DNA of 64,000 nucleotides, from assembly GCA_030704615.1 (NCBI GenBank), contig CM060732.1, forward strand, positions 26,722,001-26,786,000, read 5' to 3'. Origin of the DNA: Takakia lepidozioides. Its lineage: Eukaryota; Plantae; Bryophyta. The position numbers and the translations under genes are program-made. The notes beneath the pieces are model-generated. The model was not told the DNA's origin. It ran no database searches and was given only the letters and a program-made list of their open reading frames with translations. Of this stretch, positions 1 to 11,611 are shown in pieces. The stretch's first letter is position 1; each line of letters starts with the position of its first letter.

Positions 1-3000
1 ATGTCCTCAGAAATAGACAGTCTGCCGATGGAGGGACGAAATGGACGTTGATGTATCTTCAGTAGAACAATCCATTGACCAGGTCCGAGCTCATCTCTTG
101 CACAATGGTCGGTCTTCAAGATTCAGAGTATGGGTTAAAAGTGGGTCTCCAAACCCCGATGACGAGGAGTGGGCACAAAGAGCATAAAAGTCCTCACGAA
201 TTGATGCTCCAATTGTTTCACCAATTAACGATGGTGTGGACAGACATTGAATGTTACAAGAAACATTTTATGTTACGGACACCACCATTGAAGGTGACGT
301 ACTCTCAACAAATAGCATGGATACCGACCAAAAATAATGAAGGTGTTTGGGTGGACGCCCAAGGTAAAGAGAATGAGGGTGACAATGAGAACTATATTAC
401 ACTAGAATGAACATGTTTATCACTTTATGAATAGTGCAAATCCATGAAACTCGCTGCCATGATGCTTCTAATGAATGTATGTCCTATTCATTCAGTCTTG
501 ACCTCAATTATGACGTCGTCTGACATAAACACATGAGCATCACGTCCAAAATCGACTTTGCGTCAAGTAATTTTGTTTTTGCTTTTTTACTTTCATGTGT
601 CTCAAATTTCATTATCGATGAGGAGGCCTACGTGTAAAGCACTCTGTCGGATTTTGATTTTTGATTTTGATTTTATATTTTCAATGGGTTTTGGCGATGG
701 TGACTATTTTTTGTTTTTTTATTTTATTTTATTTTATTTTTCCTGGAAGATCATTGGGAGACGGATTATTTATTATTTATTTATTTATTTCGTTTTAGGC
801 GACCGACCGACCGGCTGGCCATCCATCGGTCATTGAACCAGAGGAAAGAGGAAAAAAAAAACCCATTTTTTTCCTACCATCGCCCAACGGTCGCCGAACG
901 ATAATGTCGACCATTTCAAATTACGAAAAGTCAATTTAATTGATATTTTTTTATGCGTGTAATTGTCAGTGGACGTGAACACTTATGTGTCACACTTTTT
1001 ATCCTCCCCCGCCGAGAACTACATTACTGACACCTAAAACCAATGTAACGCAGACCGTGACAACGTTAGGTCTAGCGCGACCTGACTCTGATAACGGGGG
1101 TCCTGAATACTTTTCCATTGTGCCCCCGACGATGTTTCCAGTTTTTGTCGTTCTTTTCTACATCAGCAAATGGACTCCCGAATCAGTACGTCCACAAGGA
1201 TCACTGGAATGATGTTGGTAATTAGGATATGGAATGGGTCAATGGCTATAGTATGGTGTGACCCGTAATCGTATGGGGGCGGTACCTGAAGACCTGCGTA
1301 TGATGGCGGGGGTGGTACCACAATTTGTGGAGCTTGAGGAGGTGGTTGACTGACATGGGCTTCTGGAAGGTACGGTGTAGTGTGAAAATGTGGTAATTTT
1401 TTGTCAAAAGATTTTGTTTTAGTTAAATATTATTTAGTAAGTAAACTGGCAACGAAATTATGTGTTGGATGATTTTTAGTGGTATGGATGAGAAACATTC
1501 ATCTTGTTGTACCCTAGATCTGCAGATTGATGAGTAGCGGTGGTTTACGGGCGAGCTCGCAAGTGTGATCCGCAAGCATGCTAATACTCTCATATTTTTG
1601 AACAGATAGTAGGTCTGCATTTTTTAAGTTTTGCTGATAATTATTCTCCATAGCTCGCTGCTCAATCAATTGACTGCAAATGGCGGCACCGACGATGGTC
1701 CAGCTAGAAACTCCTGCAGTTATGAACTCTAGGCTTGGCAGATGCAATAATTACTTGGATAAGTGGGGTAGAGGACTTAAGGGCGATTCAGAGATGCGTG
1801 TTTTTCTTCTTGTCTTTACCGAGATAGTAGGGTGGGGGGAAAAGATGATGGAGATATGAAGGAGAAGTTAGGGCCTTTAAGTTGCAGCCTCCAGATTTTG
1901 TGGTAGAAGGATTTGGGTGATGATGAAGTAAAATCGACGAGATTGAGGTCTTTATCATGTTTTCGTACTTGGAATCTCAACTGCATAATGCATTAGCTTC
2001 TGTTGTCTTTACCAGCGAGAATCTCATGGCATTTCGGGTTAGACTGAGCATGTAAGGGTATCGGTGCAACATCTGGAAAATCAGGGTATGGTACGTTGTG
2101 TTGATGTATCTGGTGACTACTGTGAATGTTGTGGGGAAATATTTCTGCTCCTTTATTTGGTATCAGAGCTGATGTCGTTCTCTGGTTTGATTAGGTTCTT
2201 TTGCAACAGATTTTTGTGTACCTATGAGAATACCTAGCAACTCCACATATTGGACTTTCATGTAATCCATGTTCATAAAAGAATATCGGTGGAAAAGGAA
2301 GAGGTTGTCGTGTTGACACCCTAGAACCTTCCGCGGGCCAGACTTCTTACAACAAGCCCTGAAAACAACTTATCCTTACTGATCTTCGCCTCATCCATGG
2401 GCCTTTGCAATTTTTCAAATCACGCCACCACGTCTTCTGATCGAGTGTCATAAAATGAGACACCCACCCCAGCGGGGCTGATGGTACTTTTCATGGTGCC
2501 AGTCAAGCTCACTTTAGCTCACAGTGCTTCTTTCACATGTTTCTCAAGTGTCTTTTGTGTTTTTAAGTGACTCATCGTAATGTCAATCTCCACTTGAACA
2601 ATATTTTTCTTCCAGCTATCGTCTTTCCGTCATGCACCACTTCTGTAGGTACCGGTCTCCTCAGAAGATCTGACGTTTGTACAGCCGATTATTTCTTCAC
2701 ATCCAGTTCTCATTCAACAATTTTAAGTGCCTCATTCTTCATGGATTTGCAATAGCCTTTTATTTTCTCTAATTGTTTTTTAAAAAATATAAAAAAATTA
2801 TTGCGACCCCCAAAATTCTGGTGGTTGTTTCTAATATCATTTCTTATGAGCGATTGCCAAAAATTTGGAAGTCACTGTAATTTTAATACAAAGAAAAGAA
2901 GAAGCAGTCATCAGAACTTAGAAATCCGAATTTTTTTTAATTTTTTTTTTAATAAATTCTGTTGGTGCAATTACCAATTCGGCGATTAGAAGTTGATGCG

Positions 3001-3300
3001 ACTGCGAAAATTTAACAGTCATACCTATTTTTTTAAACAAAAATAAAAATAACCATCAAAATTTAGGTTTGTTAATATTTTTTTTAAAGAAATAAATTCA
3101 AAAATTATAATTTTAAACAAATTGCTACGACCATCGAATTTGACATGCATCTAAATAAGATACCTGTCATTTCAAATGAATCTCAGAAGGTGACTCATGA
3201 GTAAAATATCCCAAGAAAGGTGGCTCACAGCATCCTTGCCATGTAGTGTAGAATCAGAAAAACTCTACAATAGGGGCCTTATAAACCTCAGATTTGAGAG

Positions 3301-3963
3301 GACCTACTTTTGCCTCGATCCAGGATCCTCCTTCAGTGATCTTGAGGATCCTACTCAGGCAGCGATATATAATCTCGTTCTGATCCTTGGGTTCCTATTT
3401 TCCTAATCGACACGAGGAGATGGTGCGTTTGTCGGGAGTTAAACCAACTGTTTTTAGATTCTTAAACATCTTGCTTTTATTTTAATTGTTTTGAAATCTG
3501 TAAGAAATATTTTTAATATTTCAAAATGGCTGTGAAGAAAAAGATGGTAACGCCGGATCGCTTCTGTGTGTTATTTGAGAGGAGAGTACAGGGACATCTG
3601 AGCATCTAGTGTAGATTCGAGCCGTATAAGCCGTATAAGAACAGGTTCGGGATGACCTACTTTTGTCTTGATCCAAGACCCTCGATACTCTTCAGCGATC
3701 TTGAGGATCTTGCTAAGACAGTGATGTGTAATCTCGCTCTAATCCTCGGCCTCTCGTTCCCCTAATCGACACGAGGAGATGATGCGGTAATGTTTTTACA
3801 CCCTTCTCAAATGACACAAAGGAGCAATCGGACGCTACCATCTTACTTCAACAAGAATTTTAAAATATTGAAAATATTTTTTACAGATTTCAAAACAATT
3901 AAAACAAAAGTAGAATGTTTAAGAATCTGAAAACAGCTGGTCTAACTCCCGGTAGACGCATCA
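3301..3963. repeat. Foldback/MITE-like structure: ~140-bp inverted arms (~3422-3565 and ~3821-3963) overlapping a ~125-bp direct repeat (~3301-3428 and ~3654-3787)
   Basis: Left arm tgcgtttgtcgggagttaaaccaactgtttttagattcttaaacat... is the reverse complement (with mismatches) of ...atgtttaagaatctgaaaacagctggtctaactcccggtagacgca. The segment gacctacttttg...cctaatcgacacgaggagatg occurs twice. Confidence 0.7.
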
Positions 3964-5515
3964 AAAATATGATCTCAATGACCTACTTGTGTCACACAAC
4001 CGTTCTCATCCTCTTAAATATGCTTGTCCAGAGCATGCAAGTGAACGCATAGACCTTCAATATCAAACATGAAGCTCTCGTATTCATAAATAAGCTGGAG
4101 CTTCTTTTTTAGAATCCACGTTGATATCCAGATCACAGTACCGTTCTATGTCCTACACAATCATGTCCAACTACTCACAAATAATGGTGGTCTTTAGATC
4201 TTTGGTTAATGAATGAGTTATTTACTATTTTCTTATAACATGCGACCGCCAAATATTGACGGTCGTATTTTTTTTTAAAATTATTGTGATCGCTGAATTA
4301 TAGCAAAATTAGCAGCGACTGATAGAATTCAGGTTGCTGTTAATTTTTCTTTTCTAAATTCGCTGTAACCGCCGAGATCTAGTGATCGCACCAATTTCTT
4401 TTAAAACAAAATAGAAGCAATCATCCCAATGAGTATATGTATCCATCCCGAAAGTATTCTTTCAAATGATTGATGTTAATTCTTTCAAGTTGGCGGATTG
4501 CAGGTAAAGACCGCATCCTTCAAAGAGGAACCGGTGGAGGGACTCATTGAACAATATCTGGTAGAGGGCAGTCAAAACATGTCGATGTGCATCATGAACT
4601 AAGAGTTTTGCTGTTTCTTCCCAACGATCCTCCGGAGCTGTCAAATAACTGTGTCCGGACTATCCTATCTATGGACGTTATTCCAGAGTCACCTGCTATA
4701 TCGACGTCCTACAAGGTACACCTACCGACTCATCGAGCTCACAGGTCATCGTCGCCGCCACCACTTATAGATACAGGAGACCATGAGCTTTACATGAAGA
4801 GTGCAGCTGATGTGGAATTTCCTTCTCAAATGCATCATTAACTTACAAGCCAATGTTCATTCCATTGTTCTAGAATGTGTAGAAATAGAATGTAGACAAA
4901 ACGCATAAATCTACATTCAAATAATTAATGTACATATAAATGTGATGCATATGTATAGGGGCGGCGAAGTAGGAGCGCCTTATGTCTACAGGAGGACGAT
5001 TCAAATCAATGGAGAAAAGAAGTGTTTTTAATATATCAAAAGAGAATTCGCGAGTGATATGGAAGATCTGCGGAAGAGTGTGAATTATAGCAATCCTAAC
5101 GTACGTATTGAAGACCTACGTCATCTTATGTTTCGATGTTGGAAATGTAGCACCCAACTTATATCCATGAAAACCAATAAAGGCAGACCGCTAAGGAAAC
5201 CACAATTAAAACGTGACTATGATCGCCATCAAATTGTGGAAGACCGTTACCTGACAATAAGAATCCTGAGGTCTGGGCCTTAGTGTTCTCTGATGGCACA
5301 CTCAATTGTTCAAGACGCAAACAGAGATGTGATTTTGTAAGGTATGTTGTGATTTCATTATACATAGACATATATATTATTTGTTTTCATTATTTTAGTC
5401 TGTTTGGCGATCCTTCTATTGAAATGTTTGTTTATGTTTCCGTGAGGATACCGAGCAAAATGGCGAATTAGCCCAATTTCACAATGTGCTAGAACATAAA
5501 CAACAGTACTGAATT

Positions 5516-5958
5516 GCGAGCGTCGTTAACGCCATTCGATTCTCCTCATGAGATTTATGTACCTATGTGTTTGAAGAGAGAGTGAGGGTCGGCATACCGT
5601 CAATCATCGTTGTTCATATCATACAGTCTGTCTGATTGCCTTTCAAGCAGTCCTTCCTCTTCCCATGCTGGCGACGGTAATCACAATGGAGTCAATCTGA
5701 ATAATCTGCACTTACTGTCCGCCCTAAACTATACTGAATGTCGTTGCCGCCAATCATTTACACATAGATGTCATTACACAACACCGATCCGGCAGGTCCT
5801 TATCTTTTGTGATTGTCGTTAACGCCGCTCGCTATCGCTCTCGTTTTTGTTTTGAATACGGCAGGATCAGCTTTGCTTGTGTAGATTGTGCTAAATTGTT
5901 TCACACCATTCATAGTGAGTTTCTTGGAGACAGAGTGATGGTCGTTACCGCCGTTCAC
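5516..5958. repeat. Four degenerate copies of the 24-bp palindrome GTGAATGTCGTTGACGACATTCAC upstream of the ParB-MTase coding exons
   Basis: Copies at 5516-5539, 5734-5757, 5809-5832 and 5935-5958, each matching 17-19 of 24 consensus positions by manual alignment. Confidence 0.6.
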
Positions 5959-6000
5959 TATTTGCAAATTACTCAGTCAGAATTGAATGGCATCGTGCAG

Positions 6001-9000
6001 AAAATTGTGAGGTCGAAGCCTACAGGATTAGAGGGGAAAGGATCTGGAGATGGGGACGAGTCCGGAAAAAGCTCAGAGAATACAAATGAAGCAGATGAAT
6101 CTGAATTGCACTACCTTGACAAGGTGAAAGAACTCATATCATTCCAGAAGGTAAACTCTCAGGAGGTTATAAGGGACATGCTCGTATCTGAAGGGCGTCT
6201 GGACATCCCTCTGTGCCGGATGACATCTATGCATGTTGTGCGTCCACCTCTTTCCCTTGACATAACAAAATTGGAGAGTGATTTTGTGCATGGATATAGA
6301 CTTGGTGCACAAGTTTTTTATGTGTCACTGACGGATATAAATGGGAAAAGCACATTAGTGTCTCCAGATATCAGTGATAACTGGGATGAGTGCTGGAAAG
6401 ATGCCAATGATGAGTTCGAGCTGGGCCTCATGATGGGAAAGAACACCCAGCAATTCTGCAACCACATGTTCTACGTCTGGGACGGCAACCACCGATTGTT
6501 GGCATGGATGGGATACATTCAGAAACACCATGCGAAAGACAAAGACAAGCATGTTGCTGTGGAGGCAATGGTTTTGGATCCTGGAAACGACATCGCTAGG
6601 CTTCTTACAGCTATGCACGACGTGAACAAGTAAGTCATTCAGGAGATTTCATTCCCTCTGTAGTGTCTTATTAATCCCCAAAAAACAGTGTTAAGGAATG
6701 CAATGTTTCCAATGTTTTTGCAGATCGACAGAGAAATCGCATGTGACAACAAGCTTGGTCCACACACTATTCCGAATTCAGAGGATTGGTCTGATGAAGC
6801 TGGATGATTTTCGGACAGTACTCCCACCCAATATAATCAAGAAGTGCGAAACAGGAAGAGCTGCAAGCACTTGGTATTCTTTGACACGAGAGACATTTCT
6901 GGAGTACATGTATGCGGTAAGCCCGAGTCTGTACTCAGTTTACTTTTCGAATACATGTTTGTAGTCCATTCGGTGCTAATCACTACTTGAATCAATGCAG
7001 CAAGAATTGGCAGAGGCAGCTGAGAAGGGAAAATCCAAATATTACCGCACTACACCAGAGGAACTAAGGACATCAAAGGGTGTGGAAGCTGCAATAAAGA
7101 AGGAGTTTGAAATGCGAAGAACCAAATTGATGTCCACCTTCGGAAAGCAGCTTAGAATAGTAGATCCTGGACTTGGTTCTGAGTTTCTTCAGCAGATCAA
7201 AACACACTATGACAAGCATATGCATCCAGAGATGCAGCAGGAGAAATTGCACCGGCTGGCCATATCGATGGTCGACCCACAAACAAAAATAAGGTGGCTG
7301 GAGATATGGAACTCAGATCAAACAGTAAAGGACTTGAATCAGTTCCCAAAGAGCACCATACAGCCTGGCTCAAAGGTGGAAGGAATCAGTGATTTGGTGT
7401 TTGATAACTGGCTCCACAAGGCTACATTTTGGAGTCAGGTGTGTATTCAAACATGTCGTTTTCTTCTCTTCAAGTATGTAATGAGTATCTTATTTGCAAT
7501 TCTGACAAATATACAATTTGCAGCTCAAAAAGCGCACCGTCATTGTGCTGGATCAGACTTTGAAGGACCTGAACATTTCGATTGTTTCCCCTCCCCAAAT
7601 GTCATTGGAGGCATACATAAGGAAGTGGAGAGGTCTCACCTGGAGATACTGTTTTTTCTGGGAGTTCTCCAAAGATGGTAACATTTTACGGTCCAACGAC
7701 TTTGACAGTCAGGTTGGAGGAAAATGGGCCATGATGCGAGTTGTGTACAGGTGCAATGTCATACTTGAAACTCTACTGCTTTTTTTGGGAAAAAAATGTG
7801 GCTTCATAAGGATTGCAATCATAGATCCAGATTGAATGTCGTTGACGACATTCACTTCTTTGTCTGAGTCATTCTTAAGCGAGTATATGAATTCACCTGG
7901 TTAGGATCTAAGGGTGTAATTATAGTGTCCCTGATTAGAATTGATAATGTCATTGAATGGCGTTGACGACATTCACATCCGGAGTTGTTGAGAGGTCCTC
8001 AGAGTTATGTAAATTTTTGTAATGTACAGTGAGGGTTCCTCACTTCATTTTGCTGAATGTCAATGCAGACATTCAGTTGTTCTGCATTGTTTTTGCCTCT
8101 TGCGAGGAATCTGGAGGCTTGATAAGCTCTGTTATGAGAATTTCAAAGTGAATGTCGTTGACGACATTCACTTCTGTGTCTGTATTATTCACCAGCGACA
8201 ATTTGAATCTACATGGATTGGGAGCTAAGTCATTGGTTCTTTGTTGGTATTTTTGTGAATGACGTTGACGTCATTCACATACAGTGTTGTTGTGAGGTCC
8301 TCAGTGATATGTTCGTTATGAATGTGCATTGAGTTTTCCGGGAGGGTTCCTTACTCGAGTTTATGATTTCCATCCTTTGATTTTGCTTCATTTGAGGAAT
8401 AATTAGGCTTGATTAGGAGTGTATTCACAAATCCAAAGTGAATGTCGTTGACGACATTCACTTCTATATCTGTGTCATTCCAAAACGATAGTTTGCATTC
8501 ACCTGGATTAGGGTGTATTTACAGTATCATTGAATGGAATGTTTTGAATGGCGTTGACGACATTCACATCTGGAGCAGTCGTGTGGTCCTGAAAGGTCCT
8601 TGGAGCAGTTCTCAGAGCCATTTCATTCTATGTTTTTTTCATTCTGTTCTACTTGCATCTTACTCACTGAGCGCTTTGGTGGGTTGGGATTTATCTCCTT
8701 TTTTTCAGGTACACGAAATATGTGCTTATGGAAGGAAATCACCTGAGCGGAATTCCAGACTATCTTGACATGTGGTCGGACCCTGCAAACGATCCAACCA
8801 TGTATACTGCAGGGATATTGAAGGACTGGAGTCCTTCTCACTTCAGAGACTGTGGGTGGTACCTTGACTGCCTACCGGAGCACACGACCTTTCAAGAACA
8901 GCATATGAAATACTTGAACAATAACGCTGAGATGCTGGCGCCTTTGACTGACGAAGAGTACCAACGAAACATAGCAACATTGGCTGCCAAGGAGCCTGAT

Positions 9001-10591
9001 GCTCAGGGAACGCCGCAGAAGGGAAAGAAGGCGGGCCGCAAACCAAAAGACAAGGCTGTTGATGTCATAGCCATCTCACCAGCAAAGCCAAAGGACAAAG
9101 ACAAGTCCAAAGAGAAGGAAAAGGACAAGGGGAAGGAGAAAGAAAAGGAGATGGAGAGTGGGCAGGACTTTACTGCTGGAAGATATACCCGCACTGTTTA
9201 GTGCGTGTTCGATGCCAAGCCACACCCTTCCCGTTCTGATTCGGCAGGAGAGATGAAAATTGTTAATGAGGGTTGGCTGTCAATGATGCAGAGTCGAAAG
9301 AGAGGATACACTGGGGTGCCTTCGCCTACCTGGGACAATATAATCTCATTCCTCAATCTGGTGAGAATTCCAGTTTCTTTCCTTTTTCTCTGAAAGTTTC
9401 GTTGGCAGTATTTCAGTCTCGTTCTTTGAAAACATTCTTGCCATCGTTCTTATAAAAAACATGTCTGTTGCAGGTGAGCATAGGTCCCACCTTCGTGTGC
9501 GGTGTGCAGAAAACTTATGCGGCCGACATTGTCATTCTCGACATCCCGGATGGCCAGGCTGTGCCAGAAGTTCTTCCAAAGGACAAGACGCCAGGCTGGA
9601 ACAAATTCGAGGACAACTACTGGAGTTGGGTGTTCGGGTTCTGTAATAACTTCCTCTCTGATGCAGGGACACTTCTGCTTTTTCAGTCATGTGACAATGA
9701 TAGTCGTCGGGCATTGGCATCATACCTCAAGTCTTCAGGGTTTGAAGTTTAGCGCACATGGAATTGTGTGAACAGCCTCTACCTTGTGAAAGGGGGTTTC
9801 CCTGGTCAGCTGGTATGCCGTCTCCCTTCTGCTTGTGCTTTCATGATGAGTTTCAATGTTCTCTGCAGCTCCACTCTAGTAGAATCTTTTATGATCGACA
9901 CCGATCATCACCGATTCGTGATAAAAATGATTTTTTTGTGTCTGAGTTCTGAATAGCCGATGTACACACTTCCACTATATATTGTGTTTACCACACTAAC
10001 CTGCTATCTTTGGCAGACGAGGATGTTCGAGGCGATCTGCCTGCGCAGGATTCGCACCTCCAAGACACCATCCTCCATCCGCAGCTTTGAGATTTCTGAC
10101 CAGGGTTGTTTCGTCAATCCCCCCTATGAGCCCCATGTCGATGACATTTTGTACAACTTCATGCAGTCCAGTCAGACTTTGAAGAGACCAGATGGCACTC
10201 CCTGGAGAGGTGCAAAGGAAAAGTCCCCAGCGTTCATGCAAATACTGCTGGAGTCATGCAGCCACCACTCTGCACGGGTGGTCGATCTTTCTGTGTTCAC
10301 AGGTTCGTTCTTTCCCTTCCGAATTGGTTTTCTTTCAACAGTTTAATCTACTTAAATCCCCCCCACCAAACTGTTCATGTCCTCCTGTCTGGTGCAGGAG
10401 CAACTTACCATGCATGCAAGGCAGGCGGAAGAAGCCTTTTTGGCATGGAGGGTGATTCTGACCTCTACAACACAGTGCTCCTCCCCTTTTTGTCTGGCTC
10501 CACTTCAGGCACACAGACTGATCGGATTCAAATTTGAAATGAAGACGATCCCGAAGATAAGCAGGTCGACAACGACTTTTCATGTGAGTAA
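6001..10591 (+). pseudogene. Multi-exon ParB/Srx-like domain + beta-class amino (N4-cytosine/N6-adenine) DNA methyltransferase-like gene with premature stops
   Basis: Phase-compatible GT-AG exons: ~6001-6629, 6724-6916, 7001-7438, 7524-7750, 8709-9360, 9474-9812, 10017-10302, 10398-~10591. ParB-type motif FYVWDGNHRLLAW (DGNHR 6481-6495). Motif IV-like ADIVILDIPDG (~9522-9554). Motif X/I-like EKSPAFMQILLE...VVDLSVFT|GATYHACKAGGRSLFGMEGDSDLY. In-frame TAG at 9199 and 9750; TGA at 10535 is either a third lesion or the true stop. The true 5' end is uncertain. Confidence 0.75.
7832..8567. repeat. Array of six 24-bp palindromes (11-bp arms, 2-nt spacer) in the 7751-8708 intron
   Basis: Consensus GTGAATGTCGT-TG-ACGACATTCAC at 7832, 7953, 8148, 8255, 8438 and 8544. 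They form three diverged ~290-315-bp units with two palindromes each. Confidence 0.92.
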
Positions 10592-11553
10592 GTGCTAAAC
10601 CCTCTTTGGGAGCCATACTCAATTTCTCAATAACATCAAAGTTACAGTAATAACTTTTTCAGGCTGTCTTTCAGGAAAGGCAGCGGTGGATCTTCAGGAG
10701 ATACAGTCATTTCTGGCGAGTCTGTTTTCGACAGCCCCCTTTCCAATTTTCTGCTTCCTGTTTATGCCGAAGCAATGGCACTTCACGCGGCCGAGTCCCT
10801 ATCCCCTGACTTTTTACTGCCCAGCCATAGGTGTATCCAGCATGGATCCGTGTTCTAAAATACTTAGATGCAGAGGAAGCGGGGATACATTGTACTAACT
10901 CTGAGTCAGACTGAACTATATTCTTTTAATATTCATTTTCATACTATCTGGAAAACGTTGAATCCCCTTCCTCCACCGTAGTTGTTCCTTTAGAACAAAT
11001 AATAATCACAGAATCAACTTTCATTTAAATTGCAATATGTATGAATCCATCTCACAAACCTCCCTGACTCTTCTCATATCCATTGTGCATTCATCTACAG
11101 TGTATTCATGCGTGCTCCATTCATGAATTTTTTCCTTTGTTCAACATCCATTGTACATTCATCCTCTGTACTCTTTAATCCACCCCACAAACCTTCCACA
11201 CTCATTTCATATACGTTGTGCATTCGTCAAAAGTTTTGGTCATGCATCTTCCTGTCATGAATTTTTGTCATTGCTCAACATCCATTATACATTCATCCAT
11301 TTTACTCTTATCCATCCCTCATTCATCCATCTACATTCATTTTTCACACTCATTCATCTGTTTATCATCCAACTATACATTCATCCATCATTTATTCAAT
11401 GCCTTTTATTATGTCGTCCAGCTTGTTTCCGCGGTAAAGGGTGCCAATCCGCGGGAATACACTCCACTTCTTTCTGGGCGCGTGGTGACGCGGCCTTCAC
11501 GTGTGATGACGTGGAGTGAGCCCCGTGACGTGGCATTGGCGCAAGGTGACGTG

Positions 11554-11577
11554 GCGTGAGCGCAGTTGCGCTCACGC
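11554..11577. repeat. Perfect GC-rich hairpin gcgtgagcgca-gt-tgcgctcacgc within a cluster of ACGT/TGACGTGG motifs
   Basis: 11-bp perfect inverted repeat read directly; several TGACGTGG/CACGTG motifs at 11480-11600. Confidence 0.7.
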
Positions 11578-11611
11578 GCTCACGTGACCAGGCTCACGCC
11601 GAAGCATCCCT

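Noticed and set aside
75-2760. Possible DNA-transposase fragments (ORF 75-410 and minus-strand pieces)
   Set aside because: No catalytic or family motif that I can identify with confidence.
7832-8567. CRISPR array interpretation of the spaced palindromes
   Set aside because: Spacers are ~80-170 bp and alternately homologous to each other, the array lies in a spliceosomal intron, and no cas genes are visible.
6001-10591. Bacterial or phage contamination as the source of the ParB-MTase
   Set aside because: It has seven phase-compatible GT-AG introns and is contiguous with plant genes and plant TEs.
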